Shown here piece after piece: positions 13,001 to 38,739 of a stretch of 64,000 bases of DNA (its first letter is position 1; every line of letters starts with the position of its first letter). A model generated the notes under the pieces. That model was not told where the DNA came from. It did not search any database and saw nothing but the letters and a program-made list of their open reading frames with translations. The stretch lies in NCBI GenBank assembly GCA_002633005.1, contig NMRA01000010.1, positions 1,206,443 to 1,270,442 of the forward strand. The letters are read 5' to 3'. A program made the translations under genes and the position numbers. The stretch is from Phoronis australis (lineage: Eukaryota; Animalia; Phoronida).

Positions 13001-16000
13001 GGGCAGAATTTACATATCAAAGTGCATCAGAGGCCTGGACACTAATTAACCAATGACATCAAGGATATATCAGCCATAGGACTACTCATCATTTGCACTG
13101 GCTTAAGAATCTCCCAAAGCGGACTGTAGATCAGGGTGGTTACTATCACCGACAAACTCACTCACTTGATGTGGTACTGAGTTAGCTGTGCCGACTCGGG
13201 CAGTTGCGACTCTTCTAGTTTGAGTATGACAGGATTGTGCAGCACCAGTTTCTTCAAGGCCTTGACATCCTCGCTCAAGGTAGCTGACATCAGGAAGGCT
13301 TGATAAATTTTGGGAAAATTACTGGAATTACAAAATTGACAATAGAATAGTAACTTGTTCAGTCTCCTTGTTTGGCAGAGACCAAGGTCAAAGGCCATAG
13401 ACCCAAAGTTAAAAATCAAAGGTCACATTTGATGGGTGCAACCAAATGGGACATCATGTCCTGACAGGAAGGAAGTGACAATAGCGTCACAAATCATTAC
13501 ATAATAGATTTATTTGGACCGGTTGGAGAAAGACCTCGATCCAAGGTCATGCGCGTAACCAAATGTTGTCGGTAAACCGTAAGAGAAACAAGGTCGCATC
13601 AGAAGTCACGTGACTGCTGACATCATCAGGTAGGTTAGGGCATGGCACCGGCCACCACCCGAATGTTCTAAAAATACGTTGAATACATTGTGTTTGCAGA
13701 GTTCAACTGATCAAGTGTAGAAACAAAACAGGGATTATGCAGGGCTTGGAATGACCAATGGCGAAAAACGTGGAAATTTTTACGGCCCGAAACATGCACG
13801 CAGCCAGTCTTGAAAAAGTCGGTGTGGACCTTTTGCCCACAAAAATCGAGGGCTAAAAAAAAAAAACGGAACCACCTCCGGAAGCCTGCGTCTGCGTCTG
13901 TCAGCTCGTCCGCCACTCCCACCTCCTAACATTTTTGACTGCAGAGTCGTAGTATTTGTCACCGCGGTTTACAATCACACCAGACGCCATTGAGGAAATC
14001 CACCACGCTATCCCAGATGCCCCGGCAATGTTGACAATTTACGTTCCTCCGAAACATTAAGAGCAACTTCCGCTTTTCGGGGTGAAAGTCGTCGGCAACG
14101 CAGCGGTAAGAAAGAAATTTACCGTGGAAATTTTATATCAAATCCGATTTTTTTACGCGGAAATATAATAAAATACGCGGACAGAACATTTGAAAAAAGC
14201 GGAAATCCGCGTTTCCGCGGAAAATTCCAAGCCCTGATTATGTTGCATACTGAATAAGAGCAAAAGGTTTCCTTATTTTGCATGCGTCATATGTCATCCT
14301 TGCGCAAGTTATTTCCCTTTGTTATATCATATCTCTCAACAACAGATGTCGCATATACCTAACCCATGGAAGGTAAGTAAGGAGATAGTGTAATCATCTA
14401 ACTAAAAACAGATGTCGCACACGTCATATTTCACCTCTAACAAAACTGTTATTTCTTTGACCCTTCTCTTATGCAAATTTTCCAAAGTTCATTTCGTGTA
14501 CTTAGTATCCAGCCTTTTGTTGTTTTTGACCAACCACCTAAACTGCATATGTAAGACCTTTTTTACAAACCCGTTTTCATATTTATTATCATTTTCTTAA
14601 CACTTCACTTTACAGACTTTTAAATTTTGTTTTGCATACTTGGTATCCAATCCTTCATTGTTCTTCATCAACCATCTACACTGCATAATCATAGGCGGAT
14701 TTAGGGGGAGATGCCACAAAATAGAACAGCAAGAGTGTGAGGAAATAATTTTACTGAGTTTATTAATTAACCACGACAATTAACACGTGGATGAGGGGGG
14801 TTCAGACCCAATTGCAAGCGTCCGAATCTGACCACCAGTGCAATCTCTTTCCCGTTTTTTTGTTAGTCCGTTTATTTTTAGTAGAACGTCCACATCCCCA
14901 GAAATTCAGGCCCATTGTGTGCTTGCAATCATTGTTTGCACACTTGCCCGAGACTAAACATTGGCCCCCCTTTATGATATCCTAGATCCGCCACTGATAA
15001 TCAGGACCCTTTTTAAATACTTGTTGATTATTTTCATTTTATTTTGTAGATGAACCATTCTTTGAAGTCATCTAAAGGTTTTTTAACAACACTACATCTG
15101 TGGTGAGATAATTATTATAAACAATTCTGGTTCTTCCAATATTTTTATTCAACAATTTCTTTTTCGTAAGAAAACATTAACACACGTCAGGTACCAATAT
15201 TTCAATTTCACTACAATTTTGTAACCTCTGTAGCATAATACCGTAAGCTACAGCAACCATTTAGATATTGAATATATGAATGTATACGTACTGTGATTCC
15301 ATTAATCAGGCAACAAATTCTATAACAGAGCGATTGATAGTTTTCAAATTAGCAATAAAGTACATGCTCCATCCTCGGTACCGATATAACAAATAAAACA
15401 TATAACACTGTCCATAAACTGTTGACAAAATTTCCTGAAGTTGTCTGGTGTGAGTTGTCCATACATTTGTATTTCTATTGAGAAAGTCTCGCAAGTGGTC
15501 TGAAAACGGTGGCACACCGTACGAGTCAAGATTTTCTCCTTTTCCATCCTCTGTCAGAAAAATAGACACCCAGTGTGTTCCAGGTTTGTGGCTAGGATCC
15601 AAGTTGCAACCGTAAGCAGTCGGATGTGAAACTCAGGCTTCACAACTCATTACTTGTAAGACAACCGCCAAAGACCTGTCCGACAAAGTCATTGCTTCCT
15701 AGAATTGTACGTATGAGACGGAGGCAGTAACATAGAACAGATGGTGAATGCAACTGCCGAGGAACACTAAATTCAAATATCTGATTGTGCTGATCTGAGC
15801 ACGGATCTGATCAGCAATGTTCTAGTTTAGACATGATGATGGTGTAACACAGACTGATGAACTCTTTTCACTGTTTACTTACCCCATAGCTTTATCCAGC
15901 TGTGCTGCTTCACACTTTCCAGTGTTGCCACGCAACCATCTCTATCTGTGACCTGTCCACTCAGTAACTTTGACCGTTCCAGTACTTTATGTCCAGGACA

Positions 16001-19000
16001 CTCACCATCGGTGTTGCTTTCTAATGCAGTGGGGATGACCCCATGCCCCGCAGCGGCCAATCCCCATCCGTTGCTAAGGAGTTCCAAAGACCCGGCTGGG
16101 GTGACCTTTTGTCAAGAGCACACCGCACACAGGGGTGATGATAATCGATCCCATTTTCACCCCCAGTAGTGGCATGAAAAAGTTTGCCACCTCGCAATGC
16201 TGACCGAAATTGTAAACCGCATAATATACGTCTGCAGGGCATTCCAACAGATTGACGAATCTCTCTATTAACGAATCACAGGCCAGGTACAGGCCTAGGG
16301 ACAACAGTGTCGCGTAATCCATCGTTTGGTTCACTTGTGCACGGACTGTGATCCTGTGATCACTTGCTGTTGAATATGCACCAAATTTATACACAACGAA
16401 CAATTTGATTTGCCCAATTTCAGCACCTATGGAGTCACTGGAGTCTTCCAACGTCAGGTTCATGGTTCTGAAATGAAGAAATTTCAGTCGAAAAAATTGT
16501 TTACAATTCTGCCGTTACTTATATATGCCCATTTATCTGAGAATGTGTCATAATTTGTCTTTTGTTGTTCTTTTTTCTATAATTCATAAAAAATTGATGG
16601 TGCTCACTCCTTTTGTTCTCCGTCATGAGATACAGTGCAGCATGGACGTGAGACTCACCCTTCCACAATGATTGTCAGTGGCCCAACACTGAGTGGGAAA
16701 CTCAGTGGACCATTTAACTTATACAAAATGCCACTGCAATGATTCATCCTCCTCCGGACACTACAACATATTGTTTCAGCCATTATCAAGGTGCATTTCT
16801 TAGTTTGACCAACGTCAACTTTGTAGGAGTCACAATGTCCACTTATTATTCCAGCAGCGACATCTGTTGTTGAGTTAGGTGGTTACAATTACTCTTTTAT
16901 GTACCTGGGTTAGCTTATATCCTACACAACAGAGAACAAAAAAAAATAGCTTATACGACGACGACACGAGGCGCCAGCAAAATAAGGGAATCAACCTTTT
17001 GTTCTTATTTAGTACACAAGACAATCCCGATTTTGTTGTCACTCTCGATCACGTGAACTCTACAAACACAATGTATCCAACGTCTTTCAGAACATCCTAA
17101 CCTACCTGATGATGCCGGCAATCACGAGACTTTCGATTCGACCTCGTTTTTCCTATGCTTTACCGACTTCCAGTTATGCGCATGACCTTGACCGTGGATG
17201 GAGGTCCATCTCCAAACGGTCCGATTAAACCTATTACGCAATGATTTGTGATGTCATTGTCACTTCCTTCCGGTAGGCAGATGATGTGCCTTTCCCTTGC
17301 ATTTATCACAAGTGACCTTTGATTTTAAACTTTGGGTCTACGACCTTTCACCTTGGACCCTCCAAACAGGGAAGACTATTACACAGATGGCGTTACTACA
17401 GGGGAACTGTGATCACAATGAAATTTCACACATTCTGAAGATTGAATGTGGTTGTCATGTACTATTAGCTTATCCTCCAATGAAGCTTCAAGCTTTAAAA
17501 TCAAACGAGAAGCTATGAAATGTAAGCAGATTTTTGAATATTATCCAAATATTCGCCACATTCACAGAATCATGTTTGCTTCTGCTGCTATGTGTGGCGT
17601 CAACCGTCTATCTCTCACCTAAGTAATGCCTTTACATCGGATTCATAGCCAAATGAAAAAACGAGATCTGCCTCGTCAATGACTACAAATTCCAAGGTAT
17701 CCTTCAGGTACAGATTCTTGGCCGCGATATGGGCCAAGATGCGACTTGGCGTGCCCACCACTATATCTGGCTTCTCCATCAGCAGTGGCCTGAAAATATG
17801 ATCAAAAATAACCATCATCAGTTGACTTAGTCAACCACATCTAAAGTAAGAACCGTTAACTGTTTTGGTCAAGAGATGGTAAATAAACACCGAAGATTAT
17901 TTCACAAATTAAACGTCCCAGAACAGGCATGTACCACAGATTTGCATCAGAGTCAGAAAAGAACCATCATTAATTGAGTCAGTGATGGGAATGCTCATCA
18001 TTTGCTGCTTTCTGTCCAGTACAAAAACTAAGCAAAATGAGCTGCCAAGTATCCACAGGTAAACACTCGACAACTAAATGTTTAATAACAGCTTTTAAAG
18101 TGACCCGCCAGCTCCTTTAAGGGATGAAAATGAGGGCCTCCATGAAAAGCAGTGTGACCTGATGGGGCTACCCTCATTGCAAATATTACAATAATAAATA
18201 AATAAACATCAACATTTTCACTTATTCACCAGCGATACAATGCCACAACCTATGACATGAACTACATGTAAGACCAAGCAACCTACCTCTGTGCATCCAG
18301 TGACACTTGGCCAGAGATGTCTACACACCTGACCTCCCGAGAACAGCACCTAGTGAGCTGCTTGATGTTTGTATATGCCTGACTGCATAGTTCTTTGGAC
18401 GGCGTCATTACCAGAGCCTTGACACACTGTTCTCGTGCTGTCTGCAAGTTCAAGCAAAAGTAGATTGCAGAACAAGCAAATGAACGACCACACCACAGCT
18501 CCTACTTCTAGTACGGACCAATTAAAGTGGCCATAAATCCACCTTCCATAACAAGAACAAACAATTGATTTGGACCACTAACCAGCATGAAGTTCCATAT
18601 AGTCAAATTGAAGATGATCCCAGGGCCTTAGATGAGATGACAGTTTGTTATTCCTTAAGAACAGCCTCTACAAGATGAATTTTCTCCGCATTCTATTTTA
18701 CATATCTATCTTTGTCTCACAGAATAACACAATGTCAGCTCAATGCAAGCCAAGCTATCACTTCTCACCTAACGATCACGCTGGGGTCAATTTTGCGGCG
18801 AAAAGTGGTTTAAATCAAAAGTTTACTCTTTGGACAGAACTAGTCTTTAACAAAGGGTTGTGGTAAATTTTGTAAGGGGACACATATTTAAGAAATCTAT
18901 GTTAACGCCTGTATAATTTGACTACTGTAGACGCACAAAAGCAACTTTCATGACTGACCTAGTTTTCAATAGGTGTGGCTGCTGGCACACATCTCAGTAA

Positions 19001-22000
19001 AGTCGCAAAGGTCAATACCGTGTGCACAACTAAACTAATCAAATTCTTATTCAAGCACTGGCCTTGAAAAAGAGGCCGAGAACACTGGTATCAACCACCT
19101 ATCAATTTATGGATAGCAATGTAACTCAACGAGAAGCATTACTTAAGAGTAACAGATGGCAGGGCTTGGAATGACCAATGACAAAAAACGCAGAAACTTT
19201 TACAGCCCAAATCATGCCCGATAACCAACCTTTGAAATGGTCAATGTGAACCTTTCCGCGACAAAAATCGGGAGCACTAAAAAAAAAAAAAAAACGTTAC
19301 CACCATCAGTAGCATGCGTCTGCGTCCTTTTTGCTCCACCGTCCACCCCCAACCCACACAATTTGGCAGCAGAGCGGTAGTATTTGTCGCCGCGCTTAAC
19401 AATAACACGAGCCGCCATTGAAAATCAGACCACGCTTTACCCAGATGCCACGGCAATGTTGACAATTTACGCTCCTCCGAAACATAAAGACTTCCGCTTT
19501 CCGAGGTGAACGTCGTCTGCAACGCCGCGGTAAGAAAGGAATTCGTCGTGGAAATTTCATATCAAATCCGATTTTTTTACGCGGAAATATGTGACCCACC
19601 ACCACAAAATGAGTCTTAAGTCGGAAACTCTATTTCCCGACCAGACTGCAAACAGTCGCTATCGGTTAAAATTAGGTCAAAAATTTTTATTGCAGATTAT
19701 GATTATTTATTCATTCTACTTCACAAAACAATACTTTAAAACAAGCAAATTTCATTTTAAATCTTATTTATTTCATTTTGAAAAAGATCACCTTCTCCAC
19801 GACTGCATATCTCGTGAAATTTTCATCGAAATTTGCCGGTTTTCGTGTCCTCATTGCTCAGTCTTCCGATGACCCAATTTCGCTCGTAAACACATCAACA
19901 GAAAGGTCAAACTCTGCTCATTATGCATGTAGTAAGCTCTTGGAGTTTTTCGTCCAATCATCAGTCGTTATTTCACTTTTTGCATTCGGGGTATTTTCAA
20001 CAGAAGTGTCACTCACCAGTCATTTAGCTAGTAACGACCTTTTAACCCAATGCATCGCTGACCTCATTCGCTAGAACTAGTTACGTGGGTGTGAAACTGT
20101 GGGGTCGCGAGGTCACGGCATGTTTTCAAGACAGTAAGATGGCTGGTCGCCGTGTAGCTGATATCTCAAAGATTAACTCTTGCCTCTGACTGCCGTATCA
20201 AGATCAGCGAGAATTAGCTGAACTTATCAAAGAGCACATTTGTTGATGAAGACAAGGATTAATTTCGTGACAGCGACGAGTCGTCTGACGACAGCAACTC
20301 GTCGCCAGATGAGTTTCATGATCGACCCATCGCGAATACGGTTACGTTGGATTCCAAGTCGTTGGATTGGAACAAACAGAACTTGAAGAAAACAGTCCGG
20401 ATTAGCTTAATCGCACAACAATGTCTTGTATCTGGAAAACCAGTGGATCGGGGTGCAAGCAGCTGAATATTACTGCAAGAGAGAACAATCTTCAATAGGG
20501 CTGAATCACTCGGTGAGAAGTCGAAGAAATCGTTGCTCTTCAGTCAGTGTCAGTGGACTTGGATAGGGATGAGTGATTGTCATTTTTTTTCAAAATTATT
20601 TACACTAGCGTAAAATTTTGAATTATTTTGAACAAAAATCAGCTAGAAACGTGTATTTTGTAACCTACAGGACTTCATTTTATTAAACTTCTACAAAATA
20701 CACTTAACTACTTGTTTTACTTGCGGTAACCCCTCCTGTCACAAGTGGACTGACCCTGTATACTTTAGCTGGGAAATTTATTGACCCAGTTGCAGCAAAG
20801 CGGAACATGAATATCACTCCTTTTTGGCTGAGATTACATAATAAGGTCTATATTCTTTCTAATTTTTGATTAGTTTTATTTCTTTATGTTGTTGTGTATA
20901 CTAATAAGTCTGAAATGTAGCATTCAACTGCAGGTCTCTATGGAAATTTTAAAGACACTATCGGCACTTTTTGTCAGCCATTTTCCTTGACTTTTGAAAG
21001 CTCTAAATTTTCGCTTTCCCCGATTAGAATTGGCAATAACTCGGTCATTTGTGAAGATAATGACATGTTTCATACCTCAAAATGATCAGAAAACACTGTA
21101 TTTTCAGAAAAAGTAACAATTAAAAAATGACAAATCCCGACTTAAGACTCATTTTGTGGTGGTGGGTCACATATTATAAAAAAAGCGAAAAGCACATTTC
21201 AAAAAAGCGGAAATCCGCGTTTCCGCGGAAAATTCCAAGCCCTGAGATGGTTAACCAACTCTGATATCAAACAGTAATTAACATGCACCAGCACCCCGTC
21301 CAATATTAAATCATGCAGATGTCCTAAATATTATGACCACAGACACAAGTGCCCTATACATGTGGAGCAATGCAAACGGTAGCCACAGAGGGCGTTATGG
21401 TATTTCAAATGTGGCTATTTTTGATTAACAGACAAAAATCAACATTCATGAAATTCAGCAACAACCAAACTGAGTGGGTTGTTTTTAAGTAACAGCCAGT
21501 GGTCAATAATACGTTAGAGTCCACTAGAAGCAGCAGCCTAAGGAAAAGCAAAGCACCTCTACTAACAGGGCCGTCACTCACTTGAGGGGGAGATATTCTA
21601 CTGCATCAAATTACAGTTTCAATAAACAGGGCTTGAAATAATCAACAACAAAAAAACAGGAAAAATTTCCAGGTGACTTGTCATTTCACGAGTAAATAAG
21701 TTTGTGTGAGAATAACATGCGTAGATAAAGTCAACATTATTATAAATAAAACACAGAAAAGAGGAAACTAGAAATCAAATAAGAGGAAATAGAAACCAAA
21801 AACGAGGAATTGAATCCTCGTAAAGACGAAAATTACATGCCCTGAATAAGTACCTTTAAACAGGTCAGTCGGTTTTCTTACCACTTTTGAACTTAGTATT
21901 TTTTGTATAACAGGGATGACAAATGCACCGGTTTTACCAGTGCCAGTTCTAGCCCTGGCCAACACGTCCTTTCCTTCAAGAGCCAAAGGAATTGCCTTTT

Positions 22001-23330
22001 CCTGGATAAGCGTTGGCCCTTTCCATCCTAGTTGTGATATTGCCTGGAAAATATAAAGCACGGTAAAATTTCTTCTTCAGACAAAAATATTGCTTAAAAC
22101 TGACATGTCACAAACATTAAGTTAGCAAGCCACCTGTGGCCACATCATGTGACCTAATAAATGTAGCAATAGGCCTAAGTCTGAATTTCAGACGTCGATT
22201 TCTAAATTTTGCCCCAACTGGGAATCAAACCCGGGACCTTCTGTGAACCGCCACAGATGGCGTGCAGGCCAGACTTAAAAATGTGCGCGATATACGTGTC
22301 CATGCTGACATAATTCGCCGAAAAGCTTCCGGCGTACAGAGCGCCTATAGCCTCTGCATCGCCTCTGGTTCGGGCCAACAGAGGCGATGGTCATTGCCTA
22401 CCTTAGCCTCTGATCGTCCCCAATACACTATATAAAATACAAGGTATGACACTCCCGACCAGAAATTCCACCGGTGCTTCACTTCAGCCGTCCGTATCAA
22501 ATGCAAAACTCAATAAATTTACACAAAACAAGGTTTCCACAAACCATAAGCAATTTTTCTTTCTTCAAATACCATTCACAGTGTCCTGCTCCAGCAAGAT
22601 CGCAACAACTTCGCGGTCAAAGCACAAACATGTTCCCAAAAATGCCACCGCATCGAGCCTCCTTGGACGGCTCGATGTCAAGGACAATACGGCAATTGCC
22701 GATTTGTCACGGAGTGTCACAGCTTCGATAACTCCACCCAAAGCCAGACCATTCGTAACCTTCCGTGATGAATCGGCAAATTGCCGCCGTGCATCCGCAA
22801 CTCACCGGATAACCGTCCTTGATCTCGAACCGTCCAAGGAGGCTCAATGACAATGTGTGGGCTTTTAGGGAAGATTTTTGTGCTTTGACCGAGCAACAGT
22901 GGCAGCTTCGTACCCATAATATTTCTAACTCGCAAATTTGATTTGACAGAATTTTAACCAAAAAATCGACAAAAACATCCGCTAGTCCGATTTAATTTTT
23001 TTGCACCATTCTCTTAGTCTCTTGGATAAATTTCTCGTGATGTATGTTACATGCAAATTTTCAAAAATGTGAGAAAAATGCTGTTCTCGCTACTCAGATT
23101 TCCTTCATTCAACGTTGTATGAAATCTCGTGTCGACAAGACACACCGAGCACCATCCAAGATATTGCAGGAATTAAATAGATACAAGTCTAATTTGGCAA
23201 AAAGGAAAGGGCCCAATCGTGCCACGTCCACAATATCTACATATCGACAACTCACTTTGAGCACCCTATCGTCAAGACCCATTTCATGAAACCCCAACAC
23301 ACATTCCTCGTGTTCATGCTCAGTGTCCAT
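3508..23330 (-). CDS. DDX56: DEAD-box RNA helicase DDX56/DBP9 (60S biogenesis), 15 coding exons, about 557 aa
   Basis: Exons spliced by hand with GT-AG and consistent phase: 23256-23330, 21882-22043, 18287-18441, 17619-17789, 13166-13321, 12666-12770, 12215-12286, 11809-11916, 10014-10133, 8954-9054, 7336-7406, 6047-6136, 4574-4679, 4180-4283, 3508-3585 (sum 1674 nt). Motifs: [80 protein letters not shown], basic C-terminus. Confidence 0.96.
6888..6954 (-). ncRNA. SNORD44: Box C/D snoRNA, SNORD44-like (18S Am166 equivalent), DDX56 intron 11
   Basis: Minus strand: GTGT-GTGATGA(C)...CTGA(D')...GTGATGA(C')...TATTAGCTCTAA-CTGA(D)-TACAC. Guide is complementary to conserved 18S UAGAGCUAAUA; D+5 falls on the A of UAG-A-GCU. 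Confidence 0.88.
7585..8325. repeat. Diverged tandem duplication (about 350-390 bp unit) in DDX56 intron 10
   Basis: Shared blocks recur in order: aatttacta..caaaatggttagtcct, gaatcaaatttcaagg, ttaaaaatggacgaaa, tgtttcacagtcttcccttttt, gagggtgcatcagctagagctaata. Confidence 0.85.
7905..7926 (-). pseudogene. Truncated 3' fragment (guide plus D box) of the SNORD44-like snoRNA
   Basis: ggtgcatcagctagagctaata matches the start of the 8300 copy, but no C box follows. It lies at the end of a local tandem duplication. Confidence 0.7.
8300..8373 (-). ncRNA. SNORD44: Box C/D snoRNA, SNORD44-like second copy, DDX56 intron 10
   Basis: Terminal stem GGTGCA/TGCACC, C box ATGATGA, D' CTGA, C' GTGATGG, guide TATTAGCTCTAG (12-nt complement of 18S CUAGAGCUAAUA) next to D box CTGA. 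Confidence 0.9.
9851..9919 (+). repeat. tRNA-derived SINE head or tRNA pseudogene
   Basis: A-box-like TAGCTC..AGAGC, B box GGTTCGAATCC, partial acceptor stem CTGAT/ATCAG; the anticodon arm pairs poorly. Confidence 0.6.
10630..10693 (-). ncRNA. Box C/D snoRNA with guide to LSU GUCAGAAAAG, copy 1 (DDX56 intron 8)
   Basis: TGCA stem, ATGATGA (C), CTGA (D'), TTGATGG (C'), guide TTCTTTTCTGACT then CTGA (D). 10-nt complement to conserved 28S GGUGUCAGAAAAGUUACC. Confidence 0.85.
12388..12461 (-). ncRNA. SNORD66: Box C/D snoRNA, SNORD66-like (18S Cm1272 equivalent), DDX56 intron 6
   Basis: GTGCA/TGCAC stem, GTGATGA, CTGA, TTGATGT, guide AGTGTCCAGGCCT then CTGA. Complementary to 18S GGCC(U/C)GGACAC; D+5 is a C. 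About 100 nt from the 3' splice site. Confidence 0.85.
13021..13099 (-). ncRNA. SNORD66: Box C/D snoRNA, SNORD66-like second copy, DDX56 intron 5
   Basis: AGTGCA/TGCACT stem, ATGATGA, CTGA, TTGATGT, identical guide TAGTGTCCAGGCCT-CTGA. Confidence 0.85.
13740..14236. mobile_element. Non-autonomous hAT-like MITE, TIR CAGGGCTTGGAAT, 6-bp TSD ATTATG
   Basis: TIR and TSD seen directly (13734-13739 and 14237-14242); homologous copy at 19160. Confidence 0.88.
14690..14996. mobile_element. hAT-like MITE (CATAGGCGGAT...ATCCGCCACTG), 5-bp TSD ATAAT
   Basis: Imperfect TIR plus TSD. Related ends near 55-110, 41126-41273, 57380 and 63970. Confidence 0.75.
15306..15720 (-). pseudogene. Polinton adenain-like cysteine protease relic
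   Basis: [38 protein letters not shown]. His, Asp and Gln are kept; the usual CG appears as YG; the 5' part is frameshifted. Confidence 0.8.
16642..16860 (+). pseudogene. Polinton A32-like packaging ATPase N-terminal relic
   Basis: Across frameshifts reads [19 protein letters not shown](T)[29 protein letters not shown] (Walker A motif with in-frame stop downstream). Confidence 0.72.
17943..18005 (-). ncRNA. Box C/D snoRNA with guide to LSU GUCAGAAAAG, copy 2 (DDX56 intron 3)
   Basis: Same boxes and the identical 3' block TGATGGTTCTTTTCTGACTCTGATGCA as the 10630 copy; spacers and flanks have diverged. Confidence 0.85.
19160..21244. mobile_element. Second copy of the CAGGGCTTGGAAT MITE (TSD AGATGG) carrying a nested element
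   Basis: TIRs at both ends, 6-bp TSD; 19160-19589 aligns with 13740 to about 14165. Confidence 0.88.
19590..21171. mobile_element. Non-autonomous DNA transposon, 35-bp perfect TIR (TGTGACCCACCACCACAAAATGAGTCTTAAGTCGG), TA target duplication
   Basis: TIRs seen directly; absent from the paralogous MITE at 13740. Confidence 0.88.
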
Positions 23331-23591
23331 CTTGTTGCACATGGTGCACATACGGGCATTTCGCACCTCGTACCCAAGGAGTCTATTTTATTTCCTATTT
23401 CTTCTCAACTTTTTTCAGAGCAATATCAGAATATCATGGCAAATTTATGAATTATTTTGCGATTTAAAAGTCATTTACAGTAACTTACGCTTTTGAAAAT
23501 CCCAAATGAAGTCTTACAGAAACTAGGTCAACACACAGAAACATCATTGCTTTGGGTAAACTTTAAGCAGTCGCCATTTTCGGAAGAAAAG
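23331..23591. promoter_or_regulatory. Short bidirectional promoter and 5'UTR region shared by DDX56 and DHX15
   Basis: Divergent ATGs at 23330(-) and 23592(+). YY1-like GCCATTTT (23573-23580) abuts ETS-like CGGAAG (23581-23586). Confidence 0.75.
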
Positions 23592-38045
<14,454 letters not shown>

Positions 38046-38445
38046 AACATAGAGGCGGATAGTTGGAAATGGTCACACCTTGACCGTGGATAGCAGAGGT
38101 GTTGTGTTTGGTTCGGACACCTCAGTTTTATGGTGAATGCTGGACTCCCCAAGACTAGTGAAGTTGGTTTACATCCTTGAATCTAGTTCAACTGTTATCC
38201 ACTACACTCATTATGATCCACTACAGGCGGATGTGTTAAACTGTACATAGGATCATTTCTTTTGCTTTATCATAACGGCCTCCAGGAGAAACACTAACGG
38301 AGTTGGTGCGTGCGACCACCCTACTAATGTTTGTGTACATGTACTGTTATGGTTAAACTGATGACACCATCACTATGTTTTGTTCACATGATACTGTACT
38401 TTATGGCTTGTTTTGCCTGACTGAAGGTATGAATTAAGAGAAGTA

Positions 38446-38451
38446 AATAAA
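38446..38451 (+). terminator. Probable DHX15 polyadenylation signal
   Basis: AATAAA about 400 nt after the stop codon, followed by GT-rich sequence. Confidence 0.5.
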
Positions 38452-38739
38452 TTACCTGAAACATTGACCTCCTCAGACCTAATTCCATTGAAGTTAATGC
38501 TGTGTGTCTGAGTGATTTTAGTTACACATGTACTTTAAAAAACAAGAGAGTATTTTAACTCCTCATGGGTTTATGCAAATAAGTGCCGGGCGTGTAGTCT
38601 GCAGGTGGCAGTTAATGTACCAGTCACATCCAAATATCGGCAGAGCCATACATTTGTGTACTGTTGCAGTAGTCACTCAGTGCAAATGTTTTGCCACTGA
38701 GTGGCCATTTTTTCAGTAGGTCTTTACGTCAGCTTTCAT

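Larger units (their letters stand above)
13361..17377. mobile_element. Degenerate, internally deleted Polinton/Maverick in DDX56 intron 4
   Basis: About 400-bp diverged TIRs (13361 to about 14287, interrupted by a MITE; about 16965-17377), both starting AGTCT. Internal relics of an adenain-type protease and a packaging ATPase. No TSD recognised. Confidence 0.82.

Noticed and set aside
14292-14306. 15-nt match to U6 snRNA (TGCGCAAGGATGACA, minus strand)
   Set aside because: The flanks do not match U6, there are no C/D boxes, and it lies inside a transposon; likely chance.
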